Below, piece by piece: positions 1 to 10,336 of a stretch of DNA of 14,650 nucleotides. Origin of the DNA: a virus; UHGV virus genome UHGV-0042153; one strand, written 5' to 3'. A program made the position numbers and the translations under genes. How positions within the stretch are numbered: the first letter of the stretch is position 1; every line of letters starts with the position of its first letter. The notes beneath the pieces were generated by a model. That model ran no database searches. It was not told the DNA's origin and saw only the letters and a list, made by a program, of their open reading frames with translations.

Positions 1-1149
1 TTGCTCCATGCTGGCACGAGGAAGATAAGGCAATCCCCAGTCGGTGTTGATAACCGCCCTGAGTGTTTCTTCGCTTCCTGTCGCTTCATACTCCTGTTCT
101 GCAGTCAGTAATTTGTAAACCAGTTGCGCCCAGGTCTGATACGCAGCAGCTGGCCCTTCCATCCAGAAACTGGCGATACGGGAGCGGCGCGGTTCACCGG
201 AAACGTTGCCGTTACGATCAATGACCTGACCTTCACGCAACCAGACTCCTGCACTATTGAGCTCACGCTTTTTCTCCGCAGTGATAATGCCGCTGCAGTG
301 CGGGCAAAGTAGATACGCCGCCTCACTGGCTTTAAAGGGATCCGGTTCATTACGGTAGCCGGTCATGGCATCCATGGCTGGCTGAAAATATTCACCGCAG
401 TGCGGACATGACCAGTACCAGCGGCGGCGGTCACCACGATTGTAAAGGGAAAGAATACCAGTCGTCGGTGGCGCTTCATGAGGCGACTTACGTCGCCATT
501 TGCTGTCGCAGATGTCACGTCCCGGCGAGCTCTCCACCAGAGTCATCCCGGCGGACATAAATGTGGTGGTACGTTTTGAGGCCAGGGAGAAACCATCACC
601 CTCGCTGTCGATATTCTCCGGAAAACGGTCGTAATCGGTTAAGGCGACAAACCGGTAATCCGACGACGACATAATGTTGACCGAGGGCCAACCAATTTTA
701 AGGAACGAGCCATCCCTGAACGTCTTATCATGGACATTATTGTCGTTACGACGTGGACTCATTCTTTTCTTTACCGCCGCACTGCTTCTGAACGTTCTGT
801 CGAGGCGCTTTTTAGAATGCTCGCGGGCCTTATCTTCGGTCATCTGCACAACGAGCATGTCCGAAGGATCGCAAACGATGGTATAGACAATCCATCCATC
901 GATCAGACCAATGGTCTTCCCTGTTCGCGCAGGACCAACAAAAATCACCGCATCGTATTCACGCGATGCCAGGCAGTTCATGGGCTCAATGATGTAGGGT
1001 GTCAGTTCAGGATCCCATGGCACCGAGTTACCAGCCCCCTTGGGAACACGCATGAATTTTTTAACAGCCTCCGAAATCGGCATGCGACGTGGTGGGGAAA
1101 ATCCTGCCGATATGTCCCTTCCCAAATTTCGGGCTGATGAAAAACCCAT
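1..1149 (-). CDS. Terminase large subunit (lambda gpA-like), N-terminal 383 codons; C-terminus lies beyond the window start
   Basis: Manual minus-strand translation from ATG at 1149 (GGAGG 6 nt upstream) is open to position 1: MGFSSARNLGRDIS...VGPARTGKT (Walker A P-loop)...CPHCGEYF...CPHCSG. Not in the ORF track because its stop is outside the window. Start sits 9 nt after the small-subunit stop. Confidence 0.85.
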   Translation of the reverse strand, partial: MGFSSARNLGRDISAGFSPPRRMPISEAVKKFMRVPKGAGNSVPWDPELTPYIIEPMNCLASREYDAVIFVGPARTGKTIGLIDGWIVYTIVCDPSDMLVVQMTEDKAREHSKKRLDRTFRSSAAVKKRMSPRRNDNNVHDKTFRDGSFLKIGWPSVNIMSSSDYRFVALTDYDRFPENIDSEGDGFSLASKRTTTFMSAGMTLVESSPGRDICDSKWRRKSPHEAPPTTGILSLYNRGDRRRWYWSCPHCGEYFQPAMDAMTGYRNEPDPFKASEAAYLLCPHCSGIITAEKKRELNSAGVWLREGQVIDRNGNVSGEPRRSRIASFWMEGPAAAYQTWAQLVYKLLTAEQEYEATGSEETLRAVINTDWGLPYLPRASMEQ

Positions 1150-1157
1150 TATTCCTC

Positions 1158-1685
1158 CTAGAGACTCTCTCCTTCCTCATCAGGAATTAATTCAGCAGCA
1201 CAAGCCTCGTAGGATTTTTCCTGAAGAGTGTATCGCAGGTCATCAATTGCCTGCTGTACAGCGCCGACGGCCTGAGGAGTCAGGGCGCAATCGCGTTCAA
1301 GAACATCCGGAATTGTCTCCAGAACCTGGACGACAGCCTTTCTCATGGACGAATAGACGATGACTACTTCATCAACGGGGATGAGTTTTCGCTGCTCCTT
1401 TTCCAGCTTGATCCTTTCATTTTCAGACTGGTACCAGTCCTTTCTCTCTTTCGGCTCCATACGGGATGGATCATGAACAGAGTCTGCTGCCTCATGCTTC
1501 ACACTAAACAGGGCTGGCCCGACATGCTGCAGGGCGTAAACGGGGTTCCCCCTGACAGTCGCAGCCACAGGAGTGTTGGCCGCGAGAAGCCGTTTTTTTA
1601 CTGTGTCCCGGTGAAGCCCAAAGGCCTCAGCGATTTTAAAAACACTCCAGTAATAAGCATCACCGATCCCGCTCACATTTGACAT
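1158..1685 (-). CDS. nohA: Terminase small subunit (lambda Nu1-like)
   Basis: Track ORF 1158..1715; I prefer the internal ATG at 1685 (MSNVSG..., GGAG upstream). N-terminal helix-turn-helix-like segment (IAEAFGLHRDTVKKRL) and acidic C-terminus as in Nu1; lies directly upstream of the large subunit and about 185 nt from the cos-like site. Confidence 0.8.
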   Translation of the reverse strand: MSNVSGIGDAYYWSVFKIAEAFGLHRDTVKKRLLAANTPVAATVRGNPVYALQHVGPALFSVKHEAADSVHDPSRMEPKERKDWYQSENERIKLEKEQRKLIPVDEVVIVYSSMRKAVVQVLETIPDVLERDCALTPQAVGAVQQAIDDLRYTLQEKSYEACAAELIPDEEGESL

Positions 1686-1864
1686 AAGCAACTCCATCTG
1701 GCAGGTGAAAATCATGTTTATTTATATATTTCAATTAATTGTAAACTGGTCTAATGACAGGGAGAAAAAAATATTGTACAGGTAAAAAGAGAAATAACTT
1801 TTAATTATCAATAAATTACCAAACATGCTGCCGCCGCCATGGAAATGCAAAAACTAGCCTTTTT

Positions 1865-1885
1865 CCGCGACGCTCCCGCCCCGTG
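1865..1885 (-). other. cosN-like cohesive-end site
   Basis: Minus-strand reading CACGGGGCGGGAGCGTCGCGG resembles lambda cosN (ACG GGGCGGCGACCT CGCGG, from memory) and sits at the lambda-like distance upstream of the Nu1 homolog, with an AT-rich stretch (candidate IHF/cosB) between them. Confidence 0.45.
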
Positions 1886-1910
1886 GCAGGGGCCCCCACC
1901 GGGAGGACCC

Positions 1911-1934
1911 GACAGCCTGACAGCCTGACAGCCG
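1911..1934. repeat. Three tandem copies of an 8-bp unit (GACAGCCT GACAGCCT GACAGCCG) next to the cos-like site
   Basis: Direct reading of the sequence. Confidence 0.7.
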
Positions 1935-2257
1935 TGACGAGCATCTGATACAGCGCTTTACATAATGGCATAGGAATAATTCAGAAGGACATCACAGCAT
2001 GCCCACACAAATTAGTGTGAGTGTCCTGTTTCTTCCTACGCACAGGACTGACGAGCATGAGGGGAAAATATGCGAACCATAAATGCCTCATCTTCAGCAA
2101 TGCAGCCGGCATCCGAACAGGACGATATTGTAAATTCACCTAATTACGAGGACATTGCAGTAGTTGAATTGCAGCTCTGTATTAGCCTGACAGTGACAGA
2201 ATGCGATATTGACTCTGTCACAGGTGAAATAGTTTGAATGATTAGCAGTTATGGTGC

Positions 2258-2464
2258 TCAGTCAACCACCAGGGAATAATCCTTCGAATTCTTATCGTGC
2301 TTCACCAACGCTGCCTCAATTGCCCTGAATGCTTCCAGAGACACCTTATGTTCTATACATGCAATTACAACATCAGGGTAACTCATAGAAATGGTGCTAT
2401 TAAGCATATTTTTTACACGAATCAGATCCAACGAGAGTTCATCAGCAGATTGTTCTTTATTCAT
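2258..2464 (-). CDS. Small hypothetical prophage protein (YnfO position)
   Basis: Track ORF, 68 aa, ATG with GGAG about 9 nt upstream; position matches ynfO in the recalled Qin order. Confidence 0.55.
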   Translation of the reverse strand: MNKEQSADELSLDLIRVKNMLNSTISMSYPDVVIACIEHKVSLEAFRAIEAALVKHDKNSKDYSLVVD

Positions 2465-2764
2465 TTTGTCGCTCCATGCGTTTGCTCGTCATCTAGCGGT
2501 TAAAATATTACTTCAAATCTTACTGCATAAAAGAGGAAAAGTATGAAAGTTTGAGTACATCGACCTTACATACATCTGTCGGTTGCATATCCCTCCTGGA
2601 TGCCAGCAAGGCTCAATTTTGTTACGCAATCAACACTATTCATTAAAAACAGGCTTAATATTTGACATAAATCATCAACAAAACACAAAGAGGTCAGACC
2701 AGATTGAAACAATAAACACGATAATGCAAACTACGCGCCAGCGTATCACATGGAAGGTTTACCA

Positions 2765-3208
2765 ATGGCTCAGGCTGCCATTTTTAAAGAAATATTCGAT
2801 CAAGTGCGTAAAGATTTAAACTGTGAATTATTTTATTCTGAGCTAAAACGTCACAATATCTCACTTTATATTTACTATTTAGCCACAGATAATATTCACA
2901 TTGTGTTAGNNNNNNNNNNAGATAATATTCACATTGTGTTAGAAAACGACAACATAGTGTTAGTAAAAGGACTCAAAAAGGTTGTAAATGTTAAATTCTC
3001 CAGAAACAAACATCTTATAGAGACCTCCTATAATAAGTTGAAATCAAAAGAAATCACATTTCAACAATACAGGGAAAATCTTGCTAAAGCAGGAGTTTTC
3101 CGATGGGTTACAAATATCCAGGAACACCAAAGATATTACTATGCCTTTGATAACTCATTACTATTTACTGAAAGCATCCAGAAAACTACACAGATCTTAC
3201 CACGCTAA
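2765..3208 (+). CDS. ydfO: YdfO-like (DUF1398) prophage protein; reading frame passes through a 10-N gap
   Basis: Track ORF 2750..3208; I prefer ATG 2765 ([11 protein letters not shown]..., GGAAGG upstream). The gap plus a 23-bp duplicated flank adds 33 nt in frame (DNIHIVL-XXXX-DNIHIVL). Confidence 0.65.
   Translation: MAQAAIFKEIFDQVRKDLNCELFYSELKRHNISLYIYYLATDNIHIVLXXXXDNIHIVLENDNIVLVKGLKKVVNVKFSRNKHLIETSYNKLKSKEITFQQYRENLAKAGVFRWVTNIQEHQRYYYAFDNSLLFTESIQKTTQILPR
2887..2942. repeat. Identical 23-bp sequence (AGATAATATTCACATTGTGTTAG) on both sides of the first N run
   Basis: Direct reading; typical of an unmerged contig overlap or an assembly break in a tandem repeat. Confidence 0.8.
2910..2919. 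other. Assembly or masking gap (10 N)
   Basis: Run of n characters. Confidence 0.95.
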
Positions 3209-3359
3209 ACCATAACGTCCGGCTTCTCTCACTCCTGAGCCGGACTGCATTGGTTTAATAAAAACCATCAACAATTGTGATTTAGATATTCGGAACCATT
3301 CAAATATAACAAAACCCCGTAAAAACGAGGTTTATGGATAAATTTTATTATTGAATACA

Positions 3360-3533
3360 TCAGATTAAATTAATCTTGACATCATAGCTTTCAAGACCCG
3401 TCATTTTTTCCCGTGCGGTAAACTGAATACTGGTAACTTCTTTCCCGGTCTTTTTCTTAAGTTCAATAATTTTTTTTGTTATATATTCAGAAATATCTGC
3501 TTCTGCTTTTGTTTTTAAGTTTTCAATATTCAT
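3360..3533 (-). CDS. gnsB: GnsB-like small protein (57 aa)
   Basis: Below the track cutoff; manual translation MNIENLKTKAEADISEYITKKIIELKKKTGKEVTSIQFTAREKMTGLESYDVKINLI with AGAGGA upstream of the ATG; matches the GnsA/GnsB family as I recall it and the gnsB position in Qin. Confidence 0.7.
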   Translation of the reverse strand: MNIENLKTKAEADISEYITKKIIELKKKTGKEVTSIQFTAREKMTGLESYDVKINLI

Positions 3534-3704
3534 CGTTTCCTCTTTTAGTCTGTTATGACTTTCCAGTTACACAGTAAGTCGATTATATGGTGCAAACGTG
3601 TAAAAGATAAGATGAAACATCGCAATAATCAACATACGATAGTCTAAATTTTACACAAACAGACAAAGAGAATTTTCCTGAATTATCAATACAATAGCAT
3701 CAAA

Positions 3705-3935
3705 TCAACTCAAGAGCCTTATTGCTGCTTCCAGAATTTCTTCTGAAGTAACATGTCGATCCGCGGCTACATAAATGACTTTATGATCTCCGGTCAGAGA
3801 TGGAAACCCTGCGGCCATTACAGTAAGGTGTGTTTTTTCGCCATTTGGATATTCACGCATGATGGTGTTAACTCCAGTCATCGCTGGCACTACCACTGCT
3901 GGTTCAGAGTTAAAAAAAACTATGATTTTTTTCAT
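3705..3935 (-). CDS. Hypothetical small protein (YnfN position)
   Basis: Track ORF 3705..3977 begins at TTG; the internal ATG at 3935 (MKKIIVFFNSEP...) is more plausible because the TTG overlaps a terminator. Weak RBS; assignment is by position only. Confidence 0.4.
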   Translation of the reverse strand: MKKIIVFFNSEPAVVVPAMTGVNTIMREYPNGEKTHLTVMAAGFPSLTGDHKVIYVAADRHVTSEEILEAAIRLLS

Positions 3936-3979
3936 GATGTTACCGTAGTATGTGAGTATCCATCGAATAGATACCAAGC

Positions 3980-3999
3980 AAAAAAGCTCCCGAAGGAGC
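3980..3999 (-). terminator. Intrinsic terminator-like hairpin downstream of cspI
   Basis: GCTCC-CGAA-GGAGC stem-loop followed by a U-run on the minus strand. Confidence 0.4.
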
Positions 4000-4206
4000 C
4001 TTCATTTTCACTTTTTTAAATCCAACGACAGACGGCTGGCATTTAAGTATTGTGAAATATTATCAAATGTAATCATCATTGATTTACAAAAGATACATTT
4101 TGCCCCGAAAGGATTCATGTCAGAAACATCAAAAGATGATGTTCTATACTGGGAACCATGACAACACGGGCATCTAAAGTGAATATGGTTTGTAATATTG
4201 TCTACC

Positions 4207-4419
4207 TCAAAGCGCCACTACATGAACAGCGGCAGGACCTTTAGGTCCGTTCTCAATACCAAATTCAACTTCCTGATTCTCAGTTAATGTTTTGAAATCG
4301 TTGCTCTGAATTGCTGAGAAATGGACAAACACATCTTTGCTGCCATCTTTCGGCGTGATGAAACCAAAACCTTTTTCAGGGTTAAACCATTTCACTAAAC
4401 CAGTCATTTTGTTAGACAT
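4207..4419 (-). CDS. cspI: Cold-shock protein, CspA family
   Basis: 70 aa; RNP1 KGFGFI and RNP2 VFVHF motifs; sequence matches CspI as I recall it. Confidence 0.9.
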   Translation of the reverse strand: MSNKMTGLVKWFNPEKGFGFITPKDGSKDVFVHFSAIQSNDFKTLTENQEVEFGIENGPKGPAAVHVVAL

Positions 4420-4782
4420 AATTATTACCTTTTGAAGAAATTAGCCCTTGGGCAGAATGGTCCGAAAAAAAATATCAGAGAGAAAAACCAACAAGGAAAT
4501 CTCAAGAGGTACAAATAATAAAATTATAACAATGACTGCTTCAGATAAATTTGTAACAAACCAGAACACCATTAACGCATGATTAACCACCCATAGCAAG
4601 GATTACTTTTGTAAAGAAAAACACAGCAATGAAAGAATAGCTTTATTTATTAATAATAACGTGTCATTCTGATTAAGACCTTTTATCTTACCCTTAAGAT
4701 TTCAGGAATTTTGGCTCATGGAAGAGTCCTTTTTATTTAAATTTTACATTCCGCGATGTAAATGTTCCGATTTAATATTACC

Positions 4783-5806
<1,024 letters not shown>

Positions 5807-5810
<4 letters not shown>

Positions 5811-6118
5811 ATATATTTATGATGAGGACGCTCGTGCTTATTGGCAGGATTTTCAATCTTAAAGGAGTACTGATGCTGCAGATAAGACTCAACTTTTTCT
5901 GACAATTTTTCTGCTACTTCCAGGAAGACTTGCCGGACGCTCCTTCTGGCTGCTGCCTCATAAAACTCCAGCGCAGCTCCTTCAACACGGTCCATGGCGA
6001 CATCCAGGTCAAAAATTTCACCGTCAAAGCGTTTTTTGTCCCGTAACGCTAAAGTTACCGTAACTTTATTCTCAAAATTGCGGATCCCTTTCACAATCAG
6101 TTCATAGTTTTGAGTCAT
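5807..6118 (-). CDS. ydfR: YdfR-like (DUF1327) protein between holin and endolysin
   Basis: 103 aa, GGAGAG RBS; position matches ydfR in Qin. Confidence 0.7.
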
Positions 6119-6122
6119 TGAA

Positions 6123-6338
6123 TTACTCTCCTCTCGCAGCCTTACGCCTGTCTTCTTTAATCTTGAAATAAAGATTTGTCAGATACGTCAGCAGGCCAAA
6201 AACCAGGCTACCCAGCACACCGATTGCAGCCCACTGTGACGGAGTTACTTTATCGAGTAACTGCAATGCCCAGAAACCAGCATTACCCGCCGATGTGCCA
6301 TAGGCAACACCTGTTGTTAACTTATCCATTGATTTCAT
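6123..6338 (-). CDS. essQ: Class II pinholin (phage 21 S-like) with dual-start motif
   Basis: Track ORF trimmed to [10 protein letters not shown]... (71 aa); Met1 and Met4 dual start, two transmembrane segments, basic C-terminus [11 protein letters not shown]. Confidence 0.85.
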   Translation of the reverse strand: MKSMDKLTTGVAYGTSAGNAGFWALQLLDKVTPSQWAAIGVLGSLVFGLLTYLTNLYFKIKEDRRKAARGE

Positions 6339-6557
6339 ATCCTCACCCCGATGTACACGGATGGTGCAATATGTTTGAAAAGATCGGAGTCTACGGGGTA
6401 GTTTTGACAGCACACGTTGTTCTCAACGGCGCTAAAAAAACATACACATTAAAAATGTGGGTAATTATTTTGAAAGAAAATCATATATAAAATAATAATA
6501 CGAGAAATGTTTTCATATTTAGTGTACTGTATACGGCCATTTATACAGGAAAAGCCT

Positions 6558-6728
6558 ATGTCAGAACGTAAAGACTCAAAATCACGCCGTAATTATCTCG
6601 TTAAATGCTCCTGCCCAAACTGCACCCAAGAGTCAGAACACAGTTTTTCAAGAGTACAAAAAGGTGCCCTTTTGATCTGCCCTCATTGCAACAAAATATT
6701 CCAGACAAATCTTAAAGCTGTAGCCTGA
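6558..6728 (+). CDS. Small zinc-ribbon protein (56 aa), possibly YnfU-like
   Basis: Internal ATG of track ORF 6507..6728 with AGGA RBS; two Cys pairs, CSCPNC and CPHC, about 20 residues apart. Confidence 0.5.
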   Translation: MSERKDSKSRRNYLVKCSCPNCTQESEHSFSRVQKGALLICPHCNKIFQTNLKAVA

Positions 6729-6784
6729 TTGATTTTATTAGTAACAAGTATTTTTTATATTTTAATAATATATTTAAAGCAGAT

Positions 6785-6809
6785 AATAAAAAACCCGCCT
6801 GAGCGGGTT
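6785..6809 (-). terminator. Intrinsic terminator (minus-oriented)
   Basis: AACCCGC-CTGA-GCGGGTT hairpin followed by a U-run on the minus strand. Confidence 0.5.
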
Positions 6810-7090
6810 TGAGATTGTGGTGCTTTTTGTGGGAGTCATCCACTTACGCACTTTGTTTTGCCATGCCAGCAGTTAGCTTCTGCTGTAAAACTATTCATGC
6901 AGCAAACCTGCACTTCACCACAATGGTTAGCATACTTTTCCTGATTAAGGTTTTGCCAAATATGCTGGCCATTGTTTCATGTATTGGACCTCCTTATTTT
7001 TATTAAAGAGATCCAATATTCACTACTCTGTCCGTATCTCTACTCAGGCATCAGCCTTCTTCGTTATCGTATACAGACGAGCGATGAATT

Positions 7091-7306
7091 TTAATCAGTA
7101 ATGATGACATTTGCTGCTGCAGGACCTTTAGCACCACTCTCTATAGAGAAGGTAACCTTTTGACCTTCAAATAAGGTTCGATAATTATCATTCTGAATCG
7201 CAGAAAAATGCACAAACACATCTTTACTACCATCAACAGGAGAAATAAAGCCGAAACCTTTATCAGCGTTAAACCATTTTACTAAACCAGTCATTTTATT
7301 TGACAT
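7091..7306 (-). CDS. cspB: Cold-shock protein, CspA family
   Basis: 71 aa; KGFGFI and VFVHF motifs; matches CspB as I recall it. Confidence 0.9.
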   Translation of the reverse strand: MSNKMTGLVKWFNADKGFGFISPVDGSKDVFVHFSAIQNDNYRTLFEGQKVTFSIESGAKGPAAANVIITD

Positions 7307-7606
7307 TCTACATTCCTTAACTTGAGCCTTTCGGCATAAATGGTTTGCATAACAGAAACGACTTCGTACTTAATTGGAGAGACTCAAAGAAGGAATAAGT
7401 GAATAACACCTGAAATGAGAACTGCTTTAGTAAACTACTTCGTATATCGTCTGTTCTTCAAACCGACGCAATCATTAACGCATAGTTGAACATATGAAGC
7501 AATGTTTATTTTAGACATCCAGCCATCTTCAACCCCATCAAAAAACTATAGCTTTCTTCAGGAACGTGTGTATAGTGCGCCAAGTTATCAGTATTAAGGA
7601 ATTTTT

Positions 7607-7819
7607 TTGTCCCGTAAAATGACAGGAATTGTCAAAACCTTTGACGGCAAAAGCGGCAAGGGTCTTATCACCCCATCCGATGGTCGTATCGATGTCCAGC
7701 TTCATGTTTCAGCGCTCAATCTCCGCGATGCAGAAGAAATTACCACCGGATTACGCGTGGAATTTTGCCGGATAAATGGTCTGCGTGGCCCTTCAGCTGC
7801 CAATGTTTACCTTTCATGA
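7607..7819 (+). CDS. cspF: Divergent cold-shock-domain paralog (CspF/CspH type)
   Basis: 70 aa beginning [10 protein letters not shown]; TTG start at 7607 with AAGGA 6 nt upstream; the aromatic RNP1/RNP2 residues are replaced ([16 protein letters not shown]). Confidence 0.8.
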
Positions 7820-7873
7820 GCTATATTAAAGCTTTAATTTCAGGCCCCATCGGATCACACATGGAGAGTTTTT

Positions 7874-7963
7874 ATGAATAACCCCGTCTGTCTTGATGAC
7901 TGGATGATTGGCTTTAAAAGCTTATGCTGTACTTTGGCCGTAATAGCTCTGCTAATAATATAA
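7874..7963 (+). CDS. Candidate 29-aa hydrophobic peptide
   Basis: ATG with GGAGAG upstream; [29 protein letters not shown]. No other support. Confidence 0.2.
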   Translation: MNNPVCLDDWMIGFKSLCCTLAVIALLII

Positions 7964-8112
7964 TAAGCAGACTCATTGTGTTTAGGGACATTGTACTGGA
8001 AGAAAACATTTTAAACATCAGGCAAATAACCAAGTCACCAGCTAAATAATAAGTTAACAGACATGAGTCCCGGGATGAGATTCAACATTACCATTGCCCC
8101 ATTTAAAGCACA

Positions 8113-8147
8113 AAACCCGCTCATCAGCGGGTTTTCTACTTTTTCTT
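8113..8147. terminator. Intrinsic terminator, usable in both orientations (cspF terminator and candidate tR')
   Basis: AACCCGC-TCATCA-GCGGGTT hairpin with a T-run on the plus strand and a shorter U-run on the minus strand. Confidence 0.5.
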
Positions 8148-8180
8148 AACGTCGGGTATACAAAGCCCATCGTTGAAAAA

Positions 8181-8209
8181 ATTTTATCCATATTTTTTGA
8201 AAAATGCAA
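8181..8209 (-). promoter_or_regulatory. Candidate late promoter (PR'-like) just downstream of quuQ
   Basis: Minus-strand TTGCAT, 17-bp spacer, TAAAAT; predicted start about 65 nt upstream of the hairpin at 8114-8133. Confidence 0.35.
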
Positions 8210-8240
8210 ACATCATGTCGCCATCTTCAGCAAAAATCAT

Positions 8241-8993
8241 TTATCTCGTCACCTTCCTCAATTGCGCTTCCGCGTATGCTTCTTCCTGCCAGCACTTTGT
8301 TACCAGTTTACCAATGACGTCCGCATACCCCTTATACCACTGATAATCGGTCAGGTCTGGTACCAGCTTCTGGACATGACGTCGTGCCAGCGTGGTCGGT
8401 AAACGACTAAACCGGTTTCCATTACAACGCCCACAAATCTTATATACCGGTACGCCATGAAACCGGGTTCTTTTTTCATCCAGAACAATCCCTTTACCCT
8501 TACACCCTCTGCACGCTGTGCTGACTTCGCCCTTACCATGGCAATGCTGACATAGTTCCTTCACCCATTCTTCCTTGATTACAGATTCCCCGCGTCTGTA
8601 GTGTTTCACCACTTCGCGCAATACATTATAAAATCCCGTACCTGAACAATGCTCACAGCGAGCCTTACTTGCCGCAGACCTGGAGTAATCAGCAAAGGCA
8701 AAACTCACGAGGTAAGGAATAATCTGTAACCGGATTTCTTCACTCAATTTGTTCAATGTCGGGTTATCCAGTGCCATCGCGTAATTTAGCAGGCCTTCAA
8801 TCGCAAACTGAGGGTCCTGAACACCAACTTTTGCCAGAAATAAGGCCAACCCAAGTGGTGCTTTCGACTGCACCATCCCCTGCGCTGCCATTACATCCGT
8901 AATTGTTAAACAACCGGTGCCTGTCGCTGGAGCGTCATCGCTCAATTTTGGAGATTTTGGGGAGTAATATTTTGGTAAGGCTTCAAGGTTCAT
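8241..8993 (-). CDS. quuQ: Late-gene antiterminator Q, lambda type
   Basis: Track ORF trimmed to ATG 8993 (GGAG upstream); strong resemblance to lambda Q (YSPKSP...TDVMAA...FAFADYSRSAA...CxxC zinc-finger pairs). Confidence 0.85.
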   Translation of the reverse strand: MNLEALPKYYSPKSPKLSDDAPATGTGCLTITDVMAAQGMVQSKAPLGLALFLAKVGVQDPQFAIEGLLNYAMALDNPTLNKLSEEIRLQIIPYLVSFAFADYSRSAASKARCEHCSGTGFYNVLREVVKHYRRGESVIKEEWVKELCQHCHGKGEVSTACRGCKGKGIVLDEKRTRFHGVPVYKICGRCNGNRFSRLPTTLARRHVQKLVPDLTDYQWYKGYADVIGKLVTKCWQEEAYAEAQLRKVTR

Positions 8994-9006
8994 GCTCGTT
9001 CTCCAC

Positions 9007-10095
9007 TTACGCCAGTACGCCAATTGCCAGCGCGCGATCGATAAAACGAAATATCAGCTCCAGTTGGGAGCCATACTTCTCTTCAAATGCCACTGTATCC
9101 GTATGCAGCTCGTTGTGATGCTTTCTGCACAAAGGCAACACAAAGAGATCATGTGCTTTTGTTCCCATTCCGCCCTGCCCGTGACCAATCAGATGATGCG
9201 GATCGTCGGCTGGCATACCGCAGCAAGCACACGGCTGTGTCTTAACCCAACGTGTGTATTTCTCCTTAACCCAGCGGCGACGTTTAGGCAGCTTCATGAA
9301 AGATTCCGGAGACTCTGGATCAACGGTGATGCTTACCACCGTCTTTTCCTGTGGTGGTTTTTGTTGCTGGTAGGCGTAAGGCAACGGTGCAAGATTTTTT
9401 GTGCGTTGTTTCAATATGCTGGTGGCGGTCTGCTCTCCCGGTACGATGTCGCTTTCGCGGTACACCGAGCAGATTTTTTCCGCTGGTAATCCCAGCGAAC
9501 GACGCGATACAGCCTCAGGTAGTGCATCCACCACCTGATTGCAGACCGCCCACCAGGATAATTCAGCCAAAGATAATTCCCGCTCCTGCGTACCGCTTAT
9601 TGCGTGACGGATGACGTCAATCACCCATGCTGTCAGATTTTGTTGAGCAAGCAGATCCAGTGATTCCGATGTCTGGTCACGCAGTTGGTTGTCGCAGTGC
9701 CAACACAACACCATTGCGCCGGTACCATAACGGTGAATGACTGTTTCAGAGTGATGGTAATCGCCATTAGGCCACTGGCAGGATGTAACATGACGTAATA
9801 GCCAGTCAGACAATGCGCCAACGCCGCCAGCAGCACGAATCACCCGTTCGTTACTAAAAAACGGCAGCAATGTTTTGTCTTCCACCAGCGGCTGGCGAAC
9901 GGCAGGAACGACTCCGGATGGCAGATTACGCATGCTTTTTGGTTCCGGTTCCACCAGCACTCGAGGATTATGAAATATCTGTATGGATTCACGGCCCGGC
10001 TTAAGGACCACCAGCCCAAGCTCAGGCACCAGAACAGGTCTAAGTAATACCCGCACGTTACCTCCAGATCCGTTGCTGGAAAGTGCGGGACGCAC
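9007..10095 (-). CDS. ydfU: DUF968-type nin-region protein with C-terminal HNH-like Cys/His cluster
   Basis: 362 aa, GTG start; motif QPCACCG...DDPHHLIGHG...CRKHHNELH; position between rem and Q as in Qin. Exact start uncertain. Confidence 0.8.
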   Translation of the reverse strand: MRPALSSNGSGGNVRVLLRPVLVPELGLVVLKPGRESIQIFHNPRVLVEPEPKSMRNLPSGVVPAVRQPLVEDKTLLPFFSNERVIRAAGGVGALSDWLLRHVTSCQWPNGDYHHSETVIHRYGTGAMVLCWHCDNQLRDQTSESLDLLAQQNLTAWVIDVIRHAISGTQERELSLAELSWWAVCNQVVDALPEAVSRRSLGLPAEKICSVYRESDIVPGEQTATSILKQRTKNLAPLPYAYQQQKPPQEKTVVSITVDPESPESFMKLPKRRRWVKEKYTRWVKTQPCACCGMPADDPHHLIGHGQGGMGTKAHDLFVLPLCRKHHNELHTDTVAFEEKYGSQLELIFRFIDRALAIGVLA

Positions 10096-10336
10096 GTGGT
10101 GGGCGTTCGGAGTAAGGCAATCTGACTGAGATTATCCAGTGACGGTAGTCGAGGCTAAGGGCTTTCTTAACCTCGTATCCGCGCCTGCGGTAACACTGAA
10201 TTATCCATTCAGCCTGCTCTTCAGTGCATGGAGGGTGTTGGAACCATTCAGACTTGAATGCGTGAGAATACCGCTCGTGCGTGCAGACAAGAACGGGCGA
10301 ATTATCAGAATTGTAATATTTTACGTTGCGTGCCAT
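10058..10336 (-). CDS. Conserved small phage protein (92 aa) overlapping the DUF968 start
   Basis: ATG with GGAG RBS; a paralog at 14010..14282 shares most residues and the same overlap arrangement. Confidence 0.55.
   Translation of the reverse strand: MARNVKYYNSDNSPVLVCTHERYSHAFKSEWFQHPPCTEEQAEWIIQCYRRRGYEVKKALSLDYRHWIISVRLPYSERPPRASRTFQQRIWR

Noticed and set aside
124-1363. Plus-strand track ORFs 124..312, 730..1137 and 1040..1363, and minus-strand ORF 105..350
   Set aside because: They lie antisense to, or out of frame within, the well-supported terminase large-subunit frame, and their translations are low-complexity with no motifs.
2887-2942. Repeat - N run - repeat pattern considered as a CRISPR-like or mobile-element junction
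   Set aside because: Only one repeat pair with an N filler of exactly 10; it is better explained as a scaffold gap with overlapping contig ends.
3218-3244. Inverted repeat TCCGGCT...AGCCGGA between ydfO and gnsB as a terminator
   Set aside because: 13-nt loop and no U-run on either strand, so support is too weak to call.
6809-7006. Plus-strand track ORF 6809..7006 (65 aa)
   Set aside because: TTG start, no RBS, and a Cys/Phe-rich translation; it lies in the cspB 3' region on the opposite strand.
8351-9614. Track ORFs 8351..8539, 8903..9118, 8992..9489 and 9351..9614
   Set aside because: Embedded in or antisense to quuQ and DUF968 copy 1, which have strong coding evidence; Arg/Cys-rich translations typical of antisense frames.
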